A stretch of 63,764 nt of DNA, filler included, from Choristocarpus tenellus KU-1152 (lineage: Eukaryota > Protista > Phaeophyceae): the NCBI GenBank assembly GCA_964200185.2. It is 8 parts of 8 records of this genome, joined end to end, with 100 filler letters (N's around TTAATTAATTAA, not from the genome) between each part and the next. Parts side by side here need not be neighbours in the genome. Positions count along the whole stretch, not along the records: positions 1 to 17,938 come from CAXNAD020000605.1; positions 18,039 to 29,081 come from CAXNAD020002548.1; positions 29,182 to 37,246 come from CAXNAD020005209.1; 5 more parts are not named here. One strand, written 5' to 3'. Below, piece by piece: positions 13,049-32,800 of the stretch (position 1 is the first letter of the stretch; each line of letters starts with the position of its first letter). The position numbers and the translations under genes were made by a program. Under the pieces are notes generated by a model that saw only the letters and a program-made list of their open reading frames with translations, searched no databases and was not told the origin of the DNA.

Positions 13049-13225
13049 GGTTTAAAGCTCCTGGGGGGGGGGGGGTTATACACCAGGGTATCCATTCGGG
13101 CCCTGACCAGGAGATGTGCACTTACATCATCGATCCCACGCATGCAACCAAATTCACCCAAAAATCGCGACATGGAAAATGGGCCCCGAATGGATAGCCG
13201 CAACACACACACAGATAATTGAGCC
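13049..13225 (+). mobile_element. MITE family B, full-length degenerate copy
   Basis: Poly-G left end followed by TACACCAGGGTATCCATTCGG; right end CCCCGAATGGATAGCCGC...CAGATAATTGAGCC. Aligns with copies at 42835-42940, 44272-44381, 49740-49799 and 61209-61326. Confidence 0.7.
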
Positions 13226-15462
13226 TTTGGGTTTGGAGGACCTTGCGACAGGATGGATTATGGGGAAGCGAATGCTCGGGAAGGTAGAGGGTGTAAGGGG
13301 CCGATTTTCTCGAGAGGGAAAGAATACAAAGACCGGATTGCTAATCTTGTGTGAACAGCCAAATGTGCCCTTAAAAAAAGGTTTCAGACGAATATGACCG
13401 AGGAGAACGAAGATAGTGAGCCGAGGGAGGAGAAATGCATTGGTCCTGCTGGGACTGAGGATGATAGTCCTTGGGCGTAGAGGTTGAGAAGGATGTAGTG
13501 AGAGTGGTGAAGAGCAGGAGGATGTGGGCGAAGAGGTGGATAAGGAAATTGCAACGTGTGTAGAGATAATGAGCTTACATGAGGATCAAACAGTTCAATG
13601 CGTCAATTCCTCACTGACCCAAATGTCAATGAGGATGGCTTAGAATGCCAGCAAGACAGTAGCAACATGGGAAGATACATTATTGTCTGCTACGAGCAGA
13701 ATGCACGAAAAAAGGTCTGTGCTCTCTTAGCTGTTCATGCCTTCAACGTCAAATAGTTCTGTCAGTACCATCCATACTCACACAAGTGTTCTAACATACT
13801 CTCTCTACCCGTCTTTGCTTCATGCAAAACCTTCAGGTATGACTGAGGAAAAGTAAACGAGAAGTACTCAGCCTTCGACTGTTCTGGAATTACGACACTT
13901 TTCTAATCTTCGGCGATTCACTCATATTTCAAAGGATCAATAACTGAAGTGATTGGAGATTGTTGATTTCTCAATTGTTTGAATTTTTTTTACAGAATAT
14001 AGAAAGTTCCCTGCACGTATTTCTACAATACGCCTAAATTTGCACACAATTGTCAGCATCCCAAAAAATATAACCCTGGATACCTCTCGCTAACTTTGAC
14101 TCAACCGTTTTTCCCAACGCCGGATTTCTACCCTTTTCCAACAATATCCGAACATCCGTATTAGCATCACAACATGTGCTACCTCCAGAAATTCATTTTC
14201 TGCTCATACCAACAGATGCCCCTCGCCCTCAGCTTTCACTTCACACATTGTTTATCCAAATTGAGCAAGAACTGGAAAAGTTATGACCACATGCTTCATT
14301 TATCATACCTAATAGTTCCGTAAGATACCATTCATACATAGCTTGAAGTATTAGGAGTGATTGTACACAAGTTTTATTTTTATGTAAGGGTGCATCTACA
14401 ACTCTGTCCACCCATGATAAACTTGCTAATGAGTGATCACATTGTTGTGGCATGGCATTCACTCTTGCAACATGTGTACTACATTAATAATTGATCCAGA
14501 TACATTTCTACAACACGTAGCCTGCATTTGCAAATAGCACTGCCACTCTAGGTATGTTTTTCTCGTGCCGTTTCAATCATTTTTATACACAAGATACCTC
14601 CCCTGTTAAACCTGTCCCATATGTGTGTAGCAAGAGTTTGTGGACTTACGTAGATATATCTACCACAAGAGGGTGAAATACATTGAAACAACTGAAGGAT
14701 ACAGAATGGAGTGAGATAAATTTGGTTCTGGTCTAGTTGTGTTAACAATAGAGTTACACCATTTCAAAGAACAGAAGATACTACCTACTAGGAGTAAGAG
14801 GTAGTGCACAACGCCATGTTCATATCAAACACAAAAATATGACATGATTCTACCACACAAGTGCATCCCAAGATACGATTATATCACAGTCAAGTCATCT
14901 GCAACAGTACCCAGTACCGAACCATGGCTATTCAGTGCTTGTCATGCTTCTTACCATATGTTGCAACATTGATACCAGTGATGTTTAGGAATGCGAGAAA
15001 CAATTGTATACCCTGACCCCATTAAGAGCATCATGTGAATGTAAATTATACCCAGTACAACAGAAAGGAGCAGAGAGTGATGGTCCTGAGTCTTACTGCT
15101 CATGTGATTATTTTCCAACCCACAGGTACTCTCTGTTTACACTCTGACCAGTAACAAATTTGACAAGAAAAAGTATTACACACGCATAAATTTCAAGTCA
15201 ATTTCTAGCACAGGTGTAGTCTATTGAGTTGAGGATGCCACCATAGGAAGGGGATTTGCCGTGCTTCTTATGGAAAATAGTTTAAAATCTCTCTTGTTAA
15301 TAAGATAGACACACACCAGGCTGCAACAAGAAAAGCACCACATCACATCAGAAACTAGACAGAAAGAGTGGATTCTCTCGGCAGTGGTTTCATCCTTTCA
15401 AGGCAATCACCCCCACCCCTCATATCCACATCCCTCTCCCCACCCTGTGCTTAATGTGGTCT

Positions 15463-16587
15463 TTAGAAAGCGGCATCAGCAATGGTGACCTCGACCTCAA
15501 CTCCAGGCTCGATGGAGATGGAAGTGATCTGCTTCACAATCTCAGAAGGAGAGTGGAGATCAAGGATACGCTTGTGGATGCGCATCTCAAAGCGATCCCA
15601 TGTGTTGGTTCCCTCACCACAGGGAGACTTACGGGTCACAATCTTAAGCTTCTTGGTGGGCAGACGAACAGGGCCAGACACCTTCAGCTTCTTTTCCACC
15701 GCCCCCTTCTTCAGGTCAGCACACACTGTCGTGAACAGGGGAGGGGGGCGAAGGGGGGTTATCCGACATGCCTCTCCCGTTACATCAATTTGAGGTAAAC
15801 CACGATTAAACACAATGCATCAGAATGCAGTCTTGCAACGATGACAAGAATTTGATGGCAGTGGCACAGTGTCATTATTGAGTATGTACAGAAGGGACAT
15901 GACAATGACACCCTGTGAACTTTCTCACACAGATGAACAGGAATGCATATAGTAACACGATATCGGGATTGAATTAGAGAACAGGCTAGGCCTGCACAGG
16001 CCAGGGCGCAAAACTCTCGGGTTGATTTATGCTCACGGTCTTTTTCAGTTGGGCTTACCAAAAAATGGATGCATATCCAAACACACATATGGACACACAT
16101 TTAACTGAAGTCCAGAAGGAAAGAGTTTCCAATAAATGTGAAGGAGAGGAACACACGTCAAATACATTGCTGCTTGCGAACCAAGCGCATCCACAGCATA
16201 TCCAGAGATCTTGAGAGCAAAGTTCCCTCGAAATCTACTTAGTAAACCTCGGCATCAACGGGTGCGCGCTGCGAGTATAGACTCCGCCCTGACCTATGGT
16301 CGTTCGTTTTCTCTATTCATCCACTTGGCGCCTACAACACCAAACAACTATATCACGTTCAATAATAGACCATGGGCTAGGCTCTTTTGATGAGAGACCA
16401 TCACTTACCCTTCTCGAGGTTCTTGACGTTCCTCGATGTGAGGGTGATACGGATGCGGTGCACCCGCGCCTCCTCCTCACCCAATCCCTTGCCCTTGACG
16501 TAAGAAGCCATAGTTGCAGCCTGTTCTCGGACGAGGTGCAGAAGACAAAGGGTCTCTGCAGTAACCTGCTAGGCCGGCGGTTACCAT
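15463..16587 (-). CDS. RPS20: 40S ribosomal protein S20 (uS10)
   Basis: Exons 16587-16585 (ATG only; an alternative in-frame start is at 16511), 16520-16409 and 15725-15463. The protein includes [31 protein letters not shown] and [26 protein letters not shown]. Confidence 0.97.
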
Positions 16588-17698
16588 CAAGGCAATAGTT
16601 GTTGACACGTGAAGTCAGAAGGTGCTAAAATGGATGAAGTCTCAATAGCAGAGAAAGACGAATGGTCCGCGCCATCAGTTGATTGGGAATTGAGACGGGA
16701 AATCAAATACGCTACTAAGGGTGATAGAATGGAGTAGCACAGTAGGTGAGCCAGCTCCCCTGAGCAGACCAAAATGAGATTTAAACAGAAAGAGGGTGGT
16801 ACGGGATGCCTGCACTGAGAGCCGGATAACGTGAAGAGAAAAATGTAATATCTATATCTCGTCTACAGAAATGCAAGACCCAGATACCGTGTGTCTCTAT
16901 CACCCCGAAACCTACCTGATCCGCGGTGTGCGCTTGTAGAGGCTTTAAAACACCACTTCACGACCATTGAGTGGTGTTGTGGGTCTCCTAGGGATGGAGG
17001 CATGCCTAATGAACAAAGACGCCTCCTTGCTTAATGAACCATTCAACACTATTCTCCATTTTTTCGGGACTGAGTTGTGTATATATATCTTACATACATA
17101 TTAGTGAGAAGGAGCGTTTGTTGTCGCGGTTGTACACAACTGGAAGAATCGTGATAAAACCGGACCACCAACTATTATCTGTCTTCATGGTAGTATCAAT
17201 CTCAAGACCTTCGTGGCGAAAAGGCGTCTTGGGAAGCAAGCAGAGACCTTACTTGATGAGTTGACCACCTACCATGTGGTAGGGGGAGAGGATCCGTGTG
17301 AGGGATAAAACAGTGGTAGCAGGAAAAAAAGGGGATGTCAACCCTCGTTTGAGACAAGTAGATAGTATCTATATAAAATGTGTAACTAACTGCACAGGTA
17401 TCTAGTTCAAAGAGGGCCATGCATTTCAAGCTGGAGACACCTACCTGGCTGGTGGGGTACCAAAAGGTTTTACAGATTCTTAAGATTCTTCCATCACTCC
17501 TCGCCCACCTCCTGTAGCGTGAAAATTGAATCGTAGGGAACCATGTCCTAATGAACCTTGCTGTATATATTTTCTTGAAAAAAGTGCTACGAAGTGAATG
17601 CACTTTTTTTTGCATTATATATTTTTTAAGACTTGATTTCGATCTTTTCCCTCCCCTGATACTGACAAAATGTCATTTCGGCATAGGAACAATACTAA

Positions 17699-17938
17699 CA
17701 TGCCCGAACCTGCACCAGGGCAGGGGGACAGGTACGACTGCACTCTCCAATGGTAAGACGCCTGCACCAACTATGCAAGGGGATGGGCATCCCTTGCACT
17801 ACCGAGGACGGTAGCCCTTTCACAGTGGACAAAAATCTCCGCATGGATCTGGTGTTCCACGCAGGGGCACTAGCGGACGCCGGAACAGCTCCCTTCAAGG
17901 AAAAGGGTCTTCTGCTAGACGTCACCTTCGCAGAGGTA
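17699..17938 (+). mobile_element. Fragment of an RLE-type (CRE-like) non-LTR retrotransposon, cut by the contig end
   Basis: HARTC...H.PMVRRLHQLCKGMGIPCTTEDGSPF...LRMDLVF...GLLLDVTFAEV; closely similar at DNA level to ~47826-48062. Confidence 0.7.
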
Positions 17939-18038
17939 NNNNNNNNNNNNNNNNNNNNNNNNNNNNNNNNNNNNNNNNNNNNTTAATTAATTAANNNNNN
18001 NNNNNNNNNNNNNNNNNNNNNNNNNNNNNNNNNNNNNN
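17939..18038. other. Artificial contig spacer (N run + TTAATTAATTAA + N run)
   Basis: Identical 100-nt linker with stops in all six frames. It recurs at 29082-29181, 37247-37346, 42735-42834, 47088-47187, 49800-49899 and 61038-61137. Confidence 0.98.
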
Positions 18039-20190
18039 TTCAATCTATAAATGAATAAAAAAAGTCCTCTTTTTTTTGTTTTTGCACAAAAACCCCCCCC
18101 CCTGCACCCCCCCCCCCCCCCCCCCCCTCCAGATACTTTGACTCCATGCTCTTTTTGCAATCACCATATGCACTACTTTTATGAAAGAGAGTTCTACATA
18201 CGACCCATTACAGTATGCAGCAAAAACCCACTTCCTCCTTGTAGCCCTCTCAAGCTCAAGCCAGGGAGTTGTGTGTGATTACCTTCCTCTGGTTGAAGCA
18301 AAGCCACTTCTCCCTTTGTCCTATACAATTACAGCTTCCCTGTTGAATACCTCATCAATAGTCCTCTGAATTGTACGAGACCTTTTGAACTAATCACACT
18401 TTCATGGATGAGTGGCGTCCCTGAGAAGCTGCAGTAGCGAATGTAGGTCATGCGAAAGAAGCAAGTATTGCAGGCCCAAGCAGATCAGTGCACATGCACT
18501 CTCACCACTGCCTACTTAGCGCTGCCTTCTCATCATTAGCTCTTTTTTTTGTTCAAGTGTTGTTCTTGTGATGAGTGATCAGTGCCTGCTTTCTCTTTCT
18601 GGTTGACTGTTCTAGTGATGAATGGTGTTCACAGGTTGGACATGTCAGTGTGACAACAATTTTCCACCCTCTTTTTCCTCTAGGGCTTGGCAATGTGTAA
18701 CAACTTTGAACTCCTATCCAAGCATATTGTGTTAGTGGATTACACCTGGGTTTCTCTTGGCTGCCCTTTTATTTTCCGCCAAATGAAGCATTTCCTCTTT
18801 CTTTTTTCCTTGCAAACTCCAACTAGTACTTGGTATTTTCTCAAGCATTGCTTTCCCTTCATCTCTAATCCATAGGGTTGAGTGAGACCCCAAACACAAC
18901 TGTGAACAAAACATCCATGTTCCTGGGGACCTGCAAGGCTTTCATGCATTGTCACATCAAGGCAGCCCTTACTACAATATATATAGCTGATGACATTATG
19001 GCAAAATATCTAACCTACTGACACTACATCAACCCCAAGAAGAAAGACCGGATGTGGAAACCATTGGTAATTACGTTCCATCAACAACAGCAGACCTTGT
19101 CCAGATCCAGGGAAGAATACCCTTGCATGACCTACCATGGGTTACCTTCATAACACACCATAAGATCTTGGCATATTATATATAACCATTATGGGGAGTG
19201 TTATTCTTGCTCAGGGGTTTGCTCGAGTCTACAAAAGCAAAGTCTGAAGGTTTACATCTCCATCCTTACCCTAAATACCTGATTAGGCCCAGTCCCCCCT
19301 CTCCTGATATGATACAGCACACACAGGTCAAGATCCTCAGCGAGACCACTCATCCTTACCTTGCACTCGATGACTGGAACTCTCTTCCACACTAGCACTC
19401 ATGGTACCTTCTCATGTCCATCAATTCACCGACTTTGTAGAGATTACAAAGTAGAAACCATGGGAGATTCAAACACAGGAGCTTGCTTTATAGAGAGTCC
19501 CGAGTAAAACCTCACGCAACAACAATTTGGTACTTGAGGACTGTGTCCTTGTGAATCTTCATGGCAGCTATGGCTTTTTTTTGTGGAACAAATACAAAAT
19601 CTATAGTATATTAGAACTGCAATACTTGATAGCACAACAGATGTTTTCATAGCTGAGACCATAAATTTAACAGCAATACACCAATGACTCAAGAGGAAAA
19701 GCACGCATGAGGAACAGCTTCAATACTAATAAGTCACCTCAAGTATGAAACTCACTTCAAGGCGCTCCTGTACTTGTGATAGGCTCAGCGTGTTGACAAG
19801 CATTATTGGCCATCCCACACTCTCTTGCTCCTCTCAACCCTACCACAGATTGGTACCAAGGGGGTAACCTCCACAGCAATTCATACCATGGGTCATTGCT
19901 TCAAAGTCACATACATCAAAAAGACACTGTTTTTCATTTCCTTGTACCAGCATGAAAGGTTCAAGAAAAATTCAACACGCTGCTGCTATTACAGCCAACC
20001 TTTAGTCCAGGGTGCATGTGTGGTGCAATGGGTCAATAATCAATTCACTTAGCTTCTAGATTGCTCTACAGCAGAACCTCCACCCTACACTGCAAAACCC
20101 CAAGCAAACAATAAAGGTGAGGAAGACACAGCACTGCCAAGCAACAAAACACATTACAAAAGGCCTCTAGGCTCTGTGTGTAGTGTACAT

Positions 20191-26844
<6,654 letters not shown>

Positions 26845-27169
26845 TTCTACGTGGTTGGCAGAGTCACACTTTCGGGTTTTGAGGTCCAGGAGGACTGGGT
26901 TCAATATGAAGTAGTAAGCGATACGTAGAATCAATCTCCTATATAATAAATCAGTAGGGTTTCCACCTCTATGTTCAGGCGTCCTTCAATGACACAAACA
27001 CACAATGTTGCTAGTCGCCTCCTGCATCAACTTTGTCGTGCCATAACTTTTGATCAACGATTTTTTCATGGAAATTAGTCTGTTGCGATCGCATCAGCAT
27101 TGTTAGCCATATTCGATGGGTCTCTCTTGATCAACCTGCAGTAATCGTGATACAGTGCCACACTTAAAT

Positions 27170-27760
27170 CAAGTAGTCCGCGCGCGAACCGCGCATTGAA
27201 GGATGATTTTGACGCCAGAAGAGGCCATCTTCACCCGGAGAACACGGGCGTTGTTGTCTCTCCATTCTCTTTCCAGTATTTCCCGTTTGTGCGATGATGT
27301 CAACTGCTGGCTAAGGCTCTGGGGGCCCAGGCCTCTGAACCAGACAATCCATGCCAAGTCAAATGAGGTATTCTGAAGGTGCAAGCCTCTTGTGAGACTT
27401 AAATGTCTTGTACACCTTGTCCAATTTAGTGCACTTCATGCCTTTCTCGTTGGAATATATGAGGTGGTAAGCAATACTCATTCTGAAGAACATCTCTATA
27501 TTTACTCTGGACAACCCCCCTTCTGACCCATTCCTCTGGAAATGTCTCCGTCCTGACAACATACGACAATGAGAGCGCATCAGCAGGTAGTTTTTTGACT
27601 GCCTGTTCTGAGAAGACATGCACAGCCACTTCCACAATGTCGCACCAGCGATGGCCTTGGTGGGTCTCCCCTCTGAGGATGGATAGACCGACTCCAGCGA
27701 GAACATCAGTACACATTCTTGCGAAGTGCTGCTCCTTGATCTCGTCTGTGAGGTACATGT
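27170..27760 (-). mobile_element. Decayed transposase-like remnant (possibly piggyBac-like DDE C-terminal region)
   Basis: Frameshifted coding-like stretch HRWCDIVE...ALSLSYVVRT / GLSRVNIEMFF...EYLI*LGMDCL, loosely resembling piggyBac-like transposase C-termini; contains stops and frameshifts. Confidence 0.3.
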
Positions 27761-28119
27761 ATATATATATATATATAGCTGGGCGATCGTGTTCAGTTAG
27801 GAACACGGGAAAGAACGTGCTTTAAGGATGAGAAAGATTTAGGGTTAACAATGTATCGATCTGCGATGACAGCAAGGGTGTCATTGAAAAAACAGTGATA
27901 GAGTATGTGATCAATGATGACGGGATCTGTAGGGAGTGCGAAGTTCGTGTCCATGCGTGGGCTAGGCAAACGTGAGATTATAAGGGCGAAGCGCTGCTGT
28001 CGTCACGAGGACGGCGTGGCGTTTTCCGTGGAGACTGCTATTTGCGAACATGCATCGAACGGTAAACCCCGCCAACATGGAAGGAATATTGAATATGAGA
28101 ACGCACCAATACCGTAGGC

Positions 28120-28586
28120 AGATGAAAAGGATTTACGCGCCGACCCAAGTTAGATGTCGAAAGGGCAACCATGCACAGGTTTGTGATTGACATATAAAGT
28201 AGACAGTAATGAAGAAATTTGATGTGTTATGTCGGACAGCAAAGACCATTAATTTCCAAAGCACGGCAAAACAGTTGGGGGTGGTGTGTACCCATTTGAA
28301 ACAAGAGCCCTAAGCAGGAAAACATTAAGTTGACCCGCGAAAGTGAAAGATGAAGATGAAAAGAATTTACGCGCCGACCTGGGTTAGATGTGGAGAGGGC
28401 AATGATACACAGGTGTGTGTTTGACATAGGGTAGACAGAAATGAAGAAATTTGATGCGCTATGTCGGATGGTAAAGGCCATCAATTTCCAAAGCACGGCA
28501 AAACGGTTGGGGGTGGTGCGTACCAATTTGGAACAAGAACCCTAAGCAGGAAAACATTAAGTTGAATCGCGAAAGTGAAAGCATGA
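28120..28586. repeat. Direct tandem duplication of a ~233-bp unit
   Basis: 28120-~28350 and ~28354-28586 align end to end, with mostly transition differences. Confidence 0.9.
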
Positions 28587-29181
28587 GTGCACCAGTTTGA
28601 AACGAATATAGCAATTTTGAAATGTACTTCGAAGTAGAAAATTGGTATGTTCTGCCAGTTAGCAGAAGCTATCATCAAATTCTAAAGCGAGGTCACCGCG
28701 GTTTTTTACTAAGCTACGCGCGCGTGTTGTTACTGATGCGTGAGTTAAATTGAGATTGTGTTGCAACGCGATACAAACCTTATCGGAAAGGTTCCAATCG
28801 TATCAGAGTCCTAACACGTGCTTATCGATGGTGTCAACACGTAACATTCAACAGACGGGTGTTGTGGTGCATGGAATTGGATCAGTTGTCTGATTACTCT
28901 CAAGATATTGTTCGATTAGACTCTTCCAACTCTATCGGACAGTTATGGTAAAATATGTATGGAGTAATGGAATAATCAATTAGTGGTTGAGTTATCAGAA
29001 CCTTTTACTAGTGATTAGTTGAATGATAATTTTTCTCATATAAAAGGAAATATTTCTGATTTTATAGGGCCTTGCATGCCCNNNNNNNNNNNNNNNNNNN
29101 NNNNNNNNNNNNNNNNNNNNNNNNNTTAATTAATTAANNNNNNNNNNNNNNNNNNNNNNNNNNNNNNNNNNNNNNNNNNNN

Positions 29182-29210
29182 CCCCCCCCCCCTCCCAGAT
29201 ACTTTGGGTC
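29182..29210. mobile_element. MITE family B terminus at contig start (similar end at ~18100-18143)
   Basis: Poly-C followed by CAGATACTTTGGGTC, the shared terminal inverted repeat. Confidence 0.6.
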
Positions 29211-29823
29211 ATGATTTGTTTGTAATGATAAGACGCCAATAATGATAATAGCATGGATAAAAGTGTAGAAGTATGTGTTAGCGCTACATGGTGGTAGAGT
29301 GAGCAAAACTCATGGCAATCCTAACCCTAAGCTGGAGAGTCAAATGTAACTGACATAACCTCCAGAATTCTGCGCTGTCTTTTTGTTCTGCAGTCAGTTT
29401 CTTTTGATAATAGTTTTTGGATCTAAAGAGCCTGAAGCAAGGGTGCTACTATAACCAATGCTCTTTCTTTTTTATTTATTATATTTATCACTGTTCTGAC
29501 ATGTCCGAAAGGGTCAGGGAGAGGGGACCTGATTGTTGATTGTCACGTTGAAGAGTATCCAAGTTCTTGTGATTTTGTCTTTGTGGTGGTGTACTATGTA
29601 CCCTACTGTGTTCCTTTTTGTGTTATTGGTACATTGCAGATACAACAGTTACGGATACACCTTTTCATTTTAAAATACTGTTCCTATTTGGGAAGAAAAT
29701 ATATTTTTTGTATTCCCATCACCATTTTTTCTTTTTTTTTCTTGCTCTGCTGTTGTTCTATTTTTTTGTAACTGTTTGAAATGGTTTCATGCCTTGGTCT
29801 CATTCTGTGTGTTGCATGTGCAG

Positions 29824-32800
29824 GGCTTTATTTTGGCACTATCGAATTTCAGTTACGTGAACGCCCCCCTCAACTTAGGAGAACTATCTGGCAACCGTTT
29901 CTCCATTGTGTTACGGAACATCAGTCGAGAAAAAGAAATAGATTGCCCTGGGGCAACCATGGGGCTCACCCCTGGTGCTGATCAGGTCCGAAATAATGAG
30001 GGGACTGAAAATGGTGGCAAGTGTGATGGTGCTGTTATGGAGGAGGCATCAGAGGTCACAGAGGAGGAGGAAGGTAGGAGGCTGAGGGAGATTGTGGAGC
30101 AGCGTTGTTGTGCTGTTCGTGACAAGGGTTTTGTGAACTACTTTGGGTTGCAGAGGTTTGGTTCGGGAGGGTCATGCACGAGTGGTACTGGTTTGGCCAT
30201 GGTTAAGGGGGACTGGAAGGAGGCAGTGAAGCTCATCATGAAGCCTAGGTTTGGGGAGAACGAGGCGACGCATGAGGCCAAGGTATTTCTTTTTTTTTGT
30301 TGTTTGTGTTACTTGTATTACTACTACTATTTTTTTGTTATTACCAGTAATAAAATAGTCATGCCAACAGCATTGTATGTGGTCATTGACAGTATCTCAT
30401 ACTTTGTTAAATAGTTGAATAGCGTACAGGGTTAGGGTTAGGGTTAAGGTTGTGACTGCAAAGAAAGAATAATGTTGGGGACTGGAAGTGGAGGCCAACA
30501 GGTGGCTGGATGGTCTTGTTCCCTGTGAAGTGTATGTAAATTTTCTAGACATGGGGAATAATGTGATAAGAATTTTGAATGTGAATGGGTAAGGAAGGTA
30601 TTCTGGTAGGTCTGGTGTGTGTGTGTGTATATATATGTATATAAATTTTTTGCTTTGGTTTATGTAGGAATTCTTACTGCGACTTGGAGTATGTGTGTAC
30701 AGGTTGGATGGTGGAATGTTAAGTTTTGTTAATATTTTAGGTTGAAACATCAAGTTAAATCTTGCACTATCTTTTCGGTTTAGTTCTTTTGAACCTATAG
30801 AAAGTTTTTTTTTTAATTGAAAATTTTGTGCGTCTTTATTGTTTTAAAAATTGTTTAATATTTCGACATACACTTGTGTGTAGTAAGTCCAGAATTTGTT
30901 GTCTCAAATTGGTGACATTGGCATCTTTGGGAATATTTGTGTGTTTTTTGTTTTGGTGCTCACTTCATTCTACGTGAGCCTTTAGCATATAGATTATCTG
31001 TGAAGGTCGTGGTTTGCAATCCATCTGTTTTGAAGGTATGGAACTGGTCTAAGAAGGAGATGCTACTCTTCCTATGCTGTGTCCTTTGTCAAGAGATGGG
31101 AGAAAAAATAAAAATACGATAGCAGTTAACTTCAAGGACGATCATGCACTTACGAACCCCAAAATGTAAAATATCTTGTACTTTTTATTTACTGTTGTCA
31201 CTCTATACATCTGTTTCGTATATAATATACATATATATATATATATAAATATAAATATAGTTTATGTTTGTAGGCATAGTCAGCCTTTCTGAGTTAACAT
31301 AATTAATTCTCTTGTGTAATGAGACCAAAAGTGTATCCTATTTAATTCGGAATTAGTAGTAGTAGTAGTACTTTTAGAAGACCTTTTTTGTAACTGCCAT
31401 CGCTGAGATTGAAGATAAGATAGATGGGTATAGTCCTATCCATCCTCGAGGCCAAATGTGATTTGTGCATCAATTTCATTGGTGTAAATGAAAACTTTTT
31501 GTACCCTCTGTCACGCATCTCTCTACTCCAACAAAATAATTTTCATTTTTTGATTAAAAAAAAAAATTGTGCTGTCAGTAGTTCTATTTAACCACACAGT
31601 ACGGTGTGGTTAGAGTTTGTTCTTGTCTCTCTCACTTTTGTGTCCATCTTTTCAGGTCTACTACCAGAAGAACCCCTCCGATCCGCAGGGAGTGCTCAAA
31701 CGCCTTCCTTTTTTTATGGATACTGAGAAGCTCATGATGGAGACATTGGTGTCTGCAGGTGCCAACTCGCACCTCACTGCCCTTCGTGCCATCCCCAAGA
31801 ACCTGCAGCTGATGTATCTGTGAGCAGACTACGGGTTTTGTAATGAAGTATCCACTTTTATGTGGACTCTCCGTACCTGTTTTACTTTTTGTTTGAAACA
31901 GGTTGTTGGAAGTGTGGGAAGAGCAATTGGCAGCACTTGGGTGATAGTTACGTAAGAATAGTAGGGTTAGGGGGTGTTAGTCAACAACGTTGAGATGAGG
32001 TTTATAGGGGGGGGTTTTCTTTGTTGGTGGGTGTTGTTTTGAAGTATCAAAGTGTCCAATGCGTTTTTATTCATGCACAACTAGACACTAAGCACTAAAT
32101 TTATTCGCCTGTGGGTGTATTTACCTCTTTTTTTTGTTTCATCCCCCTGCTGTGCAAGGTGCCCTCCACCAAATAGTTTGTTGCTTGTAACATGTGTTCC
32201 CGTACACGATCTCATACAATATATACACACACAGGCACGCCTTCCAATCTCTGCTGTGGAACCTTGTTGCTACATGGCGTGTGAATACCTTTGGAGTGGA
32301 CAAGGTCGTTGCGGGAGACCTTGTCATTGCGAAGGGCACAAAGGCTGTTCGTGAGGACGCTGAGGTTGGGGGGTTGGTGTATGCTGCTGATGATGTCAAG
32401 AGTGGGAATATTGAAATGGCAGTAGGAGGAGAGGGTCAAGGGGATGGAGATAAGGCTAATAATGACTGTGTTGGTGGGGAGGGGGCTGGGGAGGCAGGGT
32501 TGTTGGTGTCGAAGAGGGCAAGAGAGGGGGGTGCAGAGGAGGAAGATGCGGAGTCAGTGTCTAAAAAGGCACGGTTGGGAATGAACAGTTCTGAAGAAAA
32601 GGATGATAAGGTAAATGGTTCTGAAGTTGAGGGCGAGGTGGGAAGGGGGTCATCATCATCCCTTCCAGCAGTACATGTGGTAACAGAGGAGGAAGCAAGG
32701 GAGGGGACATTTGATGTACTTGATATCGTGCTGCCTATGCCTGGGTGAGTTGAGCTGGAGTTGAGGGATTTGCTGTAGTTGTACAAGCAGTTACTGCTAC

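Noticed and set aside
15726-16408. snoRNA in the RPS20 intron
   Set aside because: Only a degenerate C box (ATAATGA) with a CTGA and a weak stem; no recognisable rRNA guide.
16908-17025. ACCTACCTG plus two small hairpins as U1 or another snRNA
   Set aside because: No U1 stem-loop I/II sequences or Sm site.
17983-17994. TTAATTAATTAA repeated seven times between N runs
   Set aside because: Artificial six-frame-stop linker joining contigs; not biological, and neighbourhoods across it cannot be interpreted.
27280-27400. IPHLTWHGLSG as a tyrosine recombinase HxLR box
   Set aside because: The catalytic Arg is absent, the frame has stops, and other frames fit a DDE transposase remnant at least as well.
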